From Octopus vulgaris (Eukaryota), in contig OX597814.1 in NCBI GenBank assembly GCA_951406725.2, positions 17,112,001 to 17,176,000 of the forward strand: 64,000 nucleotides of DNA, given 5' to 3'. Under the pieces are notes generated by a model, which worked only from the letters and a program-made list of their open reading frames with translations, was not told the DNA's origin and did not search any database. Both the position numbers and the translations under genes were made by a program. Below, piece by piece: positions 53,983 through 64,000 of this stretch. The first letter of the stretch is position 1; each line of letters starts with the position of its first letter.

Positions 53983-54869
53983 CATACACATGCATTACAG
54001 AAAGTATGTGATGAAAGTTATGAATGAGTGTTAATAATATACGAAGGGAGTGAGCGTCAAAGAGCATGGTAAATATATATAGAGAGAGCGATAAATTGAC
54101 GGGGATTGATAGAGTGGCAGAGTTGTCGATCTAAATGTTGAGTTATTTCTCGTAGAAAGTTATATTTTTTATTATTTACAAACGACCTTATCTGTGGGAC
54201 GCTAATTTCGAAAATCAAATTCGTTTTTCTGGACGATTCACCGTTTCAGAGCCTATTTGTGCTAAACATACATAGATAACTAGATTCACTTGTATTTATA
54301 TAACAGACATATTATCGGCTTCCTGTTTGCACAACATAACTGAAATCCTAAAATCATGCAAGTATATTCAGCCCCACACCAACAGTACACTTGTAACTAC
54401 TGAAATATCATATAGGACAAACGTTTTACATTTTGTTTTTCGCAAGTAATGACGGATCAACCATAAAAGTCAGAAAAATATGAAAGAATTTTTTTATGTG
54501 AGTCAAATCAAATGCATCCGAAAGTCGATATCAAGAAACTCTACATTCATTAACACGACGCCTGAAGGAAAACTGAAGCTCTGTGTCCCACTTTGTCTGT
54601 TGCATAGGGGAGATGCGCTACTAACAGGAATTGTTGTCTATAAATTTACTTCATAATTCAATAGAGAGCAAAAGTGAAAGCAAGACCTATCTGAAAGGCT
54701 ACAAGTTTTAAAGGAGGTAGCGAGATCAAATGCATCCGAAAGTCGATATCAAGAAACTCTAATGGGATCATTTTTCCGTGGTTGGCGCTATACGCCTGAA
54801 CAATTATGGAAAACTGATGTGAGGACCGGCCGAATTATTTGTTGCTTTATGTTTATGATTTTGTACTGA

Positions 54870-55141
54870 GTGCATTCTAATATACATGTCAGAAATCTAT
54901 CAGGATGCAGTGTGGAATCATTCAAATTGCAGCTGGATAGATACTTAAGCACCATTAGAGATGAACCCCCATCTCCCAGGATATACACAACGAGCACAAA
55001 CTGACTCAAACTCGCTCCTACACATGTCAAAATTAAACAGAGAATACAACCTGGCAACCACACCAGACTCTGAGGGTGGAGTCTTCGACTTGGCCTGAGC
55101 ATGGACTCAAACTCAAATGAAATTAAATGAAATGAAATGAA
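54870..55141 (+). mobile_element. CR1-like LINE 3' end
   Basis: Reads HVRNLSGCSVESFKLQLDRYLSTIRDEPP...SNSLLH (FK..LD.YL..I.DEP motif), then a hairpin and a (TGAAA)n terminal repeat. Confidence 0.72.
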
Positions 55142-55319
55142 TACAATAGTCAATTCACCGATTAATTCAACTAAATATTAACTGAATGTACGTTCGCAAA
55201 ACTCTATGTGAGCAGAGATAATCGTAAACTGATGTCCCATTATATATTATATTATTTATGTATGTATGTATGTATGTATGTATGTATGTATGTATGTATG
55301 TATGTATGTATGTATGTAT

Positions 55320-55493
55320 GTGGAGGCGCGTGGCTTAGTGGTTAGGGTGTCAGCATCATGATCGTAATGGTTTCCATTCCTGGACCGGGCGACGCGTTGT
55401 GTTCTTGAGCAAAACACTTCATTTCACGTTGCTCCAGTCCACTCAGCTGGCAAAAATGAGTAACGCTGCGATGGTCTGGCGTCCCGTCCAGCT
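55320..55493 (+). mobile_element. tRNA-derived SINE family 4 (partial) within (TGTA)n
   Basis: Box A gtggcttagtggttaggg, box B-like ggtttccattcc, followed by ttgtgttcttgagcaaaacactt...ccactcagctggcaaaaatgagta. Confidence 0.75.
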
Positions 55494-55890
55494 GTATGTA
55501 TGTATGTATGTATGTATGTATGTATGTATGTATGCATTGTATGTATGTATGTATGTATGTATGTATGTATGTATGTATGTATGTATGTATGTATGCACGC
55601 ATGTATGTATGCATGTATGTATGTATGTATGTATGTATGTATGTATGTATGTATGCATGCATGTATGTTGTATCCATGCATGTATGTATGAATGTTCTCT
55701 TCTACTTTTAATTATTCAAATTCTTCCTCTGCGGAATGGGCTGGTTTCTCACAACGATTCAAAGCTCCATCATTAGAATGGGGATAACAAAAATCAATAT
55801 CTTATTTAAAACCTGAGGCAAGTCTTGCATATTTTTTTTTTACTACTCCACTTACATATTGTATTTGTAATGTGCGAGTTGGTTGGTTCA

Positions 55891-56850
55891 TTACTTTTTC
55901 TGAAAACCCCATTTACTCACAAACCCAGTACCACCGATTATTATTGGTGCAAATGTGAATTTATAATCTTGATATAGAAGACAGAGATTTCGAAGCAGTT
56001 GTCTATAGTTGTCCGCTTTCGCCTTGATTTGCAAAGCAGTATTTACATCATCAGAACAGCTGACCTTTAAAGCAGTGCATACTTTTTCTTGTACATACCT
56101 AAGCAACAATATCCGTCTGTTATATTTATACTTGACAGATGTTTTGATGGGAATGTTACACCAGTATACTAGGCGGCTAGCTGGCAGAAACGTTAGCATG
56201 CCGGGCGAAATGCGTAGCCGTATTTCGTCTGTCGTTATGTTCTGAGTTCAAATTCCGCCGAGGTCGACATTGCCTTTCATCCTTTCGGGGTCGATTAAAT
56301 ATGTACCAGTTACGCACTGGGGTCGATATAATCGACTTAATCCGTTCGTCTGTCCTTGTTTGTCCTCTCAGTGTTTAGCCCCATGTAGGTAGTAAAGAAA
56401 TAGGTTGTGCATGTATCCAATAACAAGAAGAGTCTCTATATTTATTCCAGGAGTTTTTGTTTTGTCTAACTGGATTCCATATGGTTTTCACGATAATATC
56501 GTGTCACATAGGTAAATAGTACCTAGATGACATTTTTGGGCAGATGCTAGTGACATGTGTAATATCTTCTACATAAATATGACATAATCAATGTTTTTCG
56601 TCATATATTGGAGCTCCAGGAGCTTCACTACCTCTTTCGTTTATTAGAGTTTTCGAAGCATTCTCCTGTTCTTGGATCACAAATAAATAGCCTTCGTAGT
56701 GCGGTATGATGTGGCGTTCACGAGTCCAAGAGATTCTTCGCTTCATGTCAATATTACTGTATTCTTCGAGTCTTCGGGAAACATACCGATGCATAATCTC
56801 ATTTCTTTTTATTTTGGAATTTTGAGCGTTTTGCAACCGGGTTTTCTTTG
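55891..56850 (-). mobile_element. Decayed RLE-LINE (R4/Dong-like) fragment interrupted by a SINE
   Basis: YEGYLFVIQEQE, EDITHVTSICPKMSSRYYLPM*HD, YWCNIPIKT, KAKADNYRQL...FTFAPIIIGGTG. Confidence 0.75.
56172..56402 (+). mobile_element. SINE family 1 (long-tail form), full length
   Basis: ggcggctagctggcagaaacgttagc...gtagtaaagaaata. Confidence 0.88.
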
Positions 56851-56930
56851 AGATATATTAGTTAGTAAGAATACATGTATGTATATGCACATGTGTAGAT
56901 TGATATATGTGTTTTTTTTTTTTTTTTTTT

Positions 56931-56995
<65 letters not shown>

Positions 56996-57709
56996 TATAT
57001 GAAATAAATATATATATGTATATATATATATATATATATTTAGATATATATATATATGTATATGTATATATAATATAAATGAATATATGCATATATATAT
57101 ATATATATATACATGCATACATACATATGTATAAATATAATATATACCTTTATGCATATAAGTTTGTATGTGGGCAAATATTTGTGTGGTTAAATTTGTA
57201 TATATGAGAAAATGTTCGTAACTTTTGCAGAAAGAAACTGCAGCCGCTGCAGTCGCTATGATCCATTTTCCCCTTCATATGATAGAAACGAATGCTGTTA
57301 TAATTCAATTTTCAAGTATTGTTGCTTCACATCCCACCTAGATCCAAATCTAACTCATACCCTAAATTCAAATTAACGGACAGCCAATATTCAAATATAT
57401 TTCTATTTGTCCTCTGCGACTTTTGCTATGATTTGAATGATAGAATTCCAATATCCTCAGTATTTGTCATTAACTTCTTATCACTGCAGTCTATTTCGAA
57501 TCGGTTGCGAGAGAAAAATGAATAAATATGAAGCTACCTTCATATGAATCTGGTTGAAAAATTAATACCAATGGAGGTATGATCGGATTTTAATGAATCA
57601 ATTAATATTCACACTATTTCGTTTTCTATTACATTAATATTTGCCAAGGGTTTTGATTATATTATCGTTGTCTCTGTTGCAGCTTTAAACGAAAAATAAA
57701 CATAGCCAT

Positions 57710-57733
57710 ACTACTACTACAACAACAACAACA

Positions 57734-57768
<35 letters not shown>

Positions 57769-57792
57769 AACTACTACTACTACTACTACTAC

Positions 57793-57834
<42 letters not shown>

Positions 57835-57857
57835 TAATAATAATGATAATCATAATA

Positions 57858-57936
<79 letters not shown>

Positions 57937-57965
57937 TAATAATAATGATAATCATAATAATAATG

Positions 57966-58053
<88 letters not shown>

Positions 58054-58082
58054 TAATAATAATGATAATCATAATAATAATG

Positions 58083-58150
<68 letters not shown>

Positions 58151-58190
58151 AAGAAGAAGAAGAAGAAGAAGAAGAAGACAACAACAACAA
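57710..58190. repeat. (ACT)n/(AAT)n/(GAA)n compound microsatellite
   Basis: Read directly from the sequence; it has a higher-order repeat of GAT/CAT interruptions. Confidence 0.97.
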
Positions 58191-59024
58191 AGACTTTTGG
58201 TGATTATAGTGACGGTGATGATGATGATAAGCAGAGAAATATATTTATTCACTAAGCTACGTTTATTTATTATTTTTATTTTTATTTTTATTTTTATTTA
58301 TTTTTATTATTATTTTATTTTTATTTATTTATTTATTTTTTTGTCTGAATACTTGATAAGCATTAACCGCTTTTACATAAATCAAATTAATTCGATCAGA
58401 AATGATCAGTAAAAATTCATGACTCTGTACGCTAGATGAATGAAATTGATGTTTCTGAAGTACAAGTTCATAGGGAGTTTGAAAATTCAGTTTTGATTTT
58501 AAATTGGAAATATAAATAAATTCCTTAAACGGAAAAATATATCTCAGGTAAAACAGATGTGTCGAAAGAGGGTACATGGAAAATGAAAATTACAAAGCGA
58601 AACAAAACAAAGAAAATAAACTCGTTGATTTTATGTAGAACTCGGCATGCAAACTGAAATTCAATTTCTTTTCAAAATTTCTTTTCACAATGTTAACGAA
58701 ATATTTTTAAAAATTACTTCTTTAAAAACTTCCTCTCAAACTTTTACCTTTTCTGATCATTCTGATAATTCTGATCATACATTTTTTAAATGTAATTTGT
58801 GTGCTGTAATCCATAATATCAAAGAACCCCTAACCACATAAATGTATTTTCCATTTCAGATTTTATGGAGTAATTAATTCATTTCATCCATCTGTTATAG
58901 TAAGCTATTCTATTACAAGTCAGTACGCATGTACAAAAGATTTCGTAATCTCATTGCAAAAAAAAAAAAAATAAGTAAGGGTTTCTAAGAAATGTCTGAT
59001 GATTATTAATTTGAAAATAATACA

Positions 59025-59466
59025 AAAACTTTGTACTTCGCATCAGAAAATATAACTTTTTCATTCTTTCTAATAGGTACGTATCATAGTTGATCAAATA
59101 AGCAGGTATTTTTTTTCTCCTGAAATCAAGTACGATTGTGTAAAGCGTAAATTCTTCAAGTACTCTGAAAACTTCGTACTTCGCATCACAAAATATAGCT
59201 TTTTCATTCTTTCTAATAGGGACGTATCATAGTTGATCAAATAAGCAGGTATTTTTTTTCTCCTGAAATCAAGTACGATTGTGTAACGGGTAAATTCTTC
59301 AAGTACTCTGAAAAATTCGTACTTCGCATCACAAAATATAGCTTTTTAAAAATTTATCATTCTTTCTATTAGAGATGTACAATAGTTCAAATAAACAGCC
59401 ATTTTTCTCTTATTTCTTTCTGAAGTTAAATGTAACAGGGTAATGAGTAAATTCTTAAAGTAGCCT
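59025..59466. repeat. 143-bp tandem repeat, three units
   Basis: Units start at 59025, 59168 and 59311. The first two are near-identical and the third is diverged. Confidence 0.9.
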
Positions 59467-59999
59467 CAAAATAAAAAAGAGTTGTTCATTTCTATATTTT
59501 CATCATATGACACGGGTTAATTTTTCTTCAGCAAGTGCAATAATTTTACTTAAAACATTTATAACAGTGCGCCTTCTTTCTGAATGGTATTACATTTTGC
59601 ATAAGAATTCTTACAGTTGTAGTTTTCAACGACACAACTTAATTTTTATCTTAGCGGAATAAGCTCAAGTATAAAAATAGAAACGTTATTCCTTCATCAT
59701 CTGTCACAAGTTTCAATGTTGTTTTGCCTTGCATAGATTCTACTAGTGCAAAAGCTTCTAACTCTGGATTAGACACTTTAGTTTTTACTATCATTCTGAT
59801 TATGTGATTATGAGACTGCAATTGACTAATTTGCAATTTGGAGAGAAGCTATGAAGATTATTGACACATCTGTTTCAAGAAAAAATTTCCTTGGTAATCC
59901 ACTGAATATACTAATATTATTATTGATTTGACTCGGGTTCGGTCTTATATCTAGTAGGATTTATGTAGGTTGCAGATTACTACCATTAACATTAAATAC

Positions 60000-60420
60000 C
60001 CACAAGTATTCAATAGTCTTTGAAGTGTTTGGATCACTCCTGATATTTCCTGTCCCTAAGAGGCCAATTTTCTGTAGAAGCTCTAAGGACCTTCTATTCC
60101 AGACTCCTTCAACCAATTGTTTATATCTTTGCTTACAATTTTCAATGCATCAATTATTATAGGCACAATCTTTGCTGTTTCCATACACCAAATTCTTGCA
60201 ATTTCAAATTTTAAGGGATCGTATAGTATTTTTTCGTCATCTTTCTTTACGATCCTGGACTCAGACAAACATGATGGGTCAATTAGTATGCAATTTCGCT
60301 TTTCCTTGTGTATTAGTGTTATATTCTGGTCAATAATATTCTATTTGAATAGAAAAGTCCCACGAAATCTTACATTTCTCCAAATCCAGCAAGCTTTCGA
60401 CCCGATGTCGCTGGTCCACT
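60000..60420 (-). mobile_element. Decayed R4/Dong-type RLE fragment
   Basis: KISWDFSIQ...KKDDEKILYDPLKFEIARIWCMETAKIVPIIIDALKIVSK...LASLGTG. Confidence 0.72.
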
Positions 60421-61221
60421 TCCTTCTCCTCACTCTATTATATACTGATACTGTTTTAGGAGAACAACTGCTGTTAGTCTATATCTATACTGAACCACTG
60501 CATGCGAGAGGCCTTCCTTTAATAGTCTAGCTTCATTTTTGCAGTTGCTACAAGAGTTTCTGAGCAAACTCTAGTCTTTCATAAACTGAGATAAGGCAAT
60601 GTTCTTCACCATCGTCATCACCACAATTATTATTCGACATCTGGCAGTCTCAAATAAATTTCTATTGCATCAGGTGCTGTGCTTTCGGGTTTGTGAGGTG
60701 TGTGCACCGTTTATTTCGTTTGGGGAGTATTGCATTGCATAGGTAGGCTTTGTAATGGGAGGGATTTGGCTTGAGTCTTCTGTTGTATTAGTGTTTATAT
60801 TGTGCAGTCTTTGTGCAGTGGGGAATCGAACCTCTATGACACATGTGGGATTTGTTCAACTTATTCGGTATTTACTGTATGAGTTTATTCCGGTATGTTC
60901 TCGGGAAAGTTGCAGTGTAGAGTAAATCATTGTAACCATTGTTATTTGTCCATCGCTCTTTTTTGGTTTTGCTATTCGTTTCGACATTGACATTAAGAGA
61001 TGGGTTCATCTTTACAGCGTCCACTTTTGACAAAATACCTCCTCTGAACGTATGTTGCAGTTACTTTCGCATAGTGACTGTCCGAGGCTCACTAGACAAA
61101 ATAGATTGCTATTACTTTCTCTTGTATTCTTTGATCTATATTTATAGCTTTTTCATAGAACGATGGTCATAGTTATTCTTTTCTAGTTCAGAGGAATGAA
61201 GATTCTCGCCTCTTTGTTTAT

Positions 61222-61223
<2 letters not shown>

Positions 61224-61285
<62 letters not shown>

Positions 61286-61358
61286 CCATCACCACCAGCA
61301 CCACCACCACCATCACCACCATCATCATCATCATCATCATCATCACCACCACCACCAT

Positions 61359-61389
<31 letters not shown>

Positions 61390-61575
61390 TTCATCATCAT
61401 CATCATCATCACCACCATCACCATCATCATCACCATCACCACCACCACCACCTCCACCATCACCATCACCATCACCATAACCATCATCACCATCACCATC
61501 ACCATCATCATCATCATCATCATCATTATCATCATCATCATCATCATCATCATCATTATTATTATTATTATTATT
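61224..61575. repeat. (CAT)n/(CAC)n/(TAT)n compound microsatellite
   Basis: Read directly from the sequence. Confidence 0.96.
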
Positions 61576-62292
61576 CAGTAGTTTTATTTTTATAGCGTGC
61601 TTTCACTTCACTACCGAGCACAGCTCTGTGTGCCTTGGGTATGTGCTGTGATTTGTTGTGATGCTTTGATGGTTATTGTATGGAAAGTGTTCTGCGTAGG
61701 ATGTGTGCAGTGCCTAGTAGTGCAATTTTCTGTATGTTATATGTGTTTGTAAGTCCTGGTGTTTTTGTTATGTATTTGTCTGAATATTTTTTTATCATGC
61801 CTAATGCACCTACTATGATAGGAATTGTTTATGTTTTCAGATTCCACATTCTAGTTACCTCTATTTCCAGGTCTTTGTATTTTGAGAGTTTCTCCATTTC
61901 TTTTAGAGACACGTTGTCATCAGCCGGTATTGATACATCAATTAGAAAGCATTTTTTTTCTTCATGATCTCTGACAACTATATCTGGTCTGTTGGCCTTA
62001 ATTTAGTTTTAGGTCATCCATATATAAAAGGTGGCTGATCGTTTTGCCGTAACATTTATATCCGCATCCAGTTCTATTTAGCATATCAGATAGAGGTGAC
62101 AGTACCAAGCAGAAAAGGAGTGGAGAGAGCGTGTCTCCCTGGAATATTCCTCTTGTAATGGGGATGTCTTTGGTTTTCATGAGTCCCTCTTTTGTTTGGA
62201 GGTGTAGGACTGTTTGCCATTTATTCATAGAGTGCTCTATGAATTTTATGATTGTTGGTGCTACTTTGTTAATGGCTAGTGTTTCGAGGATC

Positions 62293-62293
<1 letters not shown>
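61576..62293 (-). mobile_element. 5'-truncated, internally deleted R4/Dong-type LINE in (TAA)n
   Basis: RT: RGIFQGDTLSPLLFCL...ISHLLYMDDLKL, joined at ~61998 to RLE: ANRPDIVVRD...LIDVSIPADDNV...EKLSKYKDLEIE...IPIIVGALGMIKK...LLGTAHILRRTLSIQ*. TAA tracts lie on both sides. Confidence 0.92.
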
Positions 62294-62365
<72 letters not shown>

Positions 62366-63708
62366 GCCGCCTCCAGCCTTTTCTTTTGTAATTTCAAATC
62401 ACTCTATTTCATAGCAGCAACTAGCAGCAGTAAATCCCAACTTATTAGAAATATATCCATGTTATCTTTTTTTGTTTTGTCTTCATAACTTCCTATCTTT
62501 CAAAATGGATAAATTTGCGAAAGGCCTCGGCAGAATCATCTTTAACTAAAGCGAGTTTCTTCCTAATGACAACATAGTTGGGTATTACAGTCTGAAGTGT
62601 GAAAATTGATGTCATCTGTAATTTCAAGAAGTTAACATCCAATAGAGACGTATTTCACACTTCACATTTCGACTGTTGATTCGGTTTTTCACATGTTCAG
62701 GTGTCTACTACTTACCAAATCGATGCACGAAGCAACCGTAATCTTACATTATTATTCTATTAAATAATTAACTTAACATAGTGTGTTACAGGAAAATTAC
62801 TACTGGTAGAGACGACCTGTGAAGTAAAATTGGACAGCAAAACCGTGACTTGCACACATATTCTAAACACCCTTGCTCAACACAAGATCACTTAAATTTA
62901 GAAGCACAGACGACATAGTCAAGTATGTATGTATGTATGTATGTATGTACGTACGTACGTATATACACACTGTAGTATCAGCAGCAGCAGTAGTAGTAGC
63001 AGCAGCAGCAAAAGTTGTGGTTTAGAAGTAGTATATTAATTTTACAGTAATGAACATCGTAATTGATATATGCTAATGTACATATCAAATATTAACAACC
63101 AGCTAAATTAATCTAGAAACAATTTTGCTTCTTTTAGTTTGTGTGCGTAAAATTTACCAAAGATCTAAGAAGAATTTAAAATAGCTTTAAATAGCTGAAG
63201 GCGTACAGTCTATAATTTGGTTTTTAATAGCTATGTCTCCAATTAAACACGAGAGTAATTACTTCGCATAATTAGGATCTCTTATTGCTGTCATTTATAT
63301 CTCATTTGACTATAAATCAGTTGGAGAGAATGAGCGTTCATTTATCTCTGATATTGAGAATGTAAAAAATAGCGTTTATACCACTAAAAAACATGCAGTA
63401 CAAGACATAGAGAAGATATTGAATGTAAGAAGGTTCTTTGGAAGATTGAATAAAATGAATAAAAGAATAGATATAGAATGGACAAATTATAAAATATATC
63501 AATAAATGTATCGGCAAAACAACGAATCCGTTTGAATTGGCTTTTAAATTTAGAGACAAATTGTAAAATCTAGATATGAAAGGTCTATTTGAAATCTAAA
63601 GTTAAAATGCATACAAAAGATGGGAACTATTTGAGAACCCCAGTGCATAGTTCATCGATTCTGAATTGAAAGGCAAAATCGACTTCGATGGAATACAATA
63701 ATAATAAC

Positions 63709-63819
<111 letters not shown>

Positions 63820-63856
63820 AAGAAGAAGAAGAATTATCATAATAATAATAATAAAT

Positions 63857-64000
63857 GCCCTGATGCAATACCAGATACTGGCTCTCATGGTTCCTTATCT
63901 TAACCGTAAGAGATGGGCTACAACAAATATTCTGCTCAATATCACAGATTTGCTTGTCAGTTGTTTGTCCATAACCAGCTGAGCATGTCCATTGGGGGCT
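63857..64000 (+). mobile_element. Third copy (5' end) of the (TAA)n-associated element, cut by the window edge
   Basis: gccctgatgcaatacca...agatgggctacaacaaatattctgctcaatatcacagatttgcttgtcag matches the reverse complement of ~48870-49038; it is preceded by (AAT)n. Confidence 0.78.

Noticed and set aside
60630-60940. Possible LINE 3' fragment on the minus strand
   Set aside because: The composition is suggestive, but no diagnostic motif could be read.

Overview
This is AT-rich, microsatellite-saturated animal DNA. The repeat families suggest an octopus or other coleoid cephalopod, which is an inference. No host protein-coding exon can be supported; almost all supplied ORFs are translations of (TA)n, (CA)n, (CATA)n and (TAA)n tracts. 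The real coding remnants are all transposon-derived: a 5'-truncated Penelope-like element (PLE; RT thumb, Cys-rich linker, GIY-YIG endonuclease), two decayed L1/Tx1-clade LINEs, several R4/Dong-type restriction-like-endonuclease LINE fragments, a CR1-like 3' end and a hAT/Charlie transposase relic. There is also a non-autonomous Helitron and at least four tRNA-derived SINE families. The main finding is a set of about 15 hammerhead-ribozyme-like folds from about 8 unrelated short element families, nearly all abutting (TA)n tracts and several built as long palindromes. Their catalytic cores vary in a compensatory way at the tertiary 3-8 base pair (C3-G8, U3-A8, G3-C8), with palindromic stem III sequences. 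A second finding is a SINE whose target-site duplications start with GGTAT and whose 3' tail matches the 3' end of the Tx1-like LINE. All structures were read by eye; nothing was folded computationally or searched against databases.
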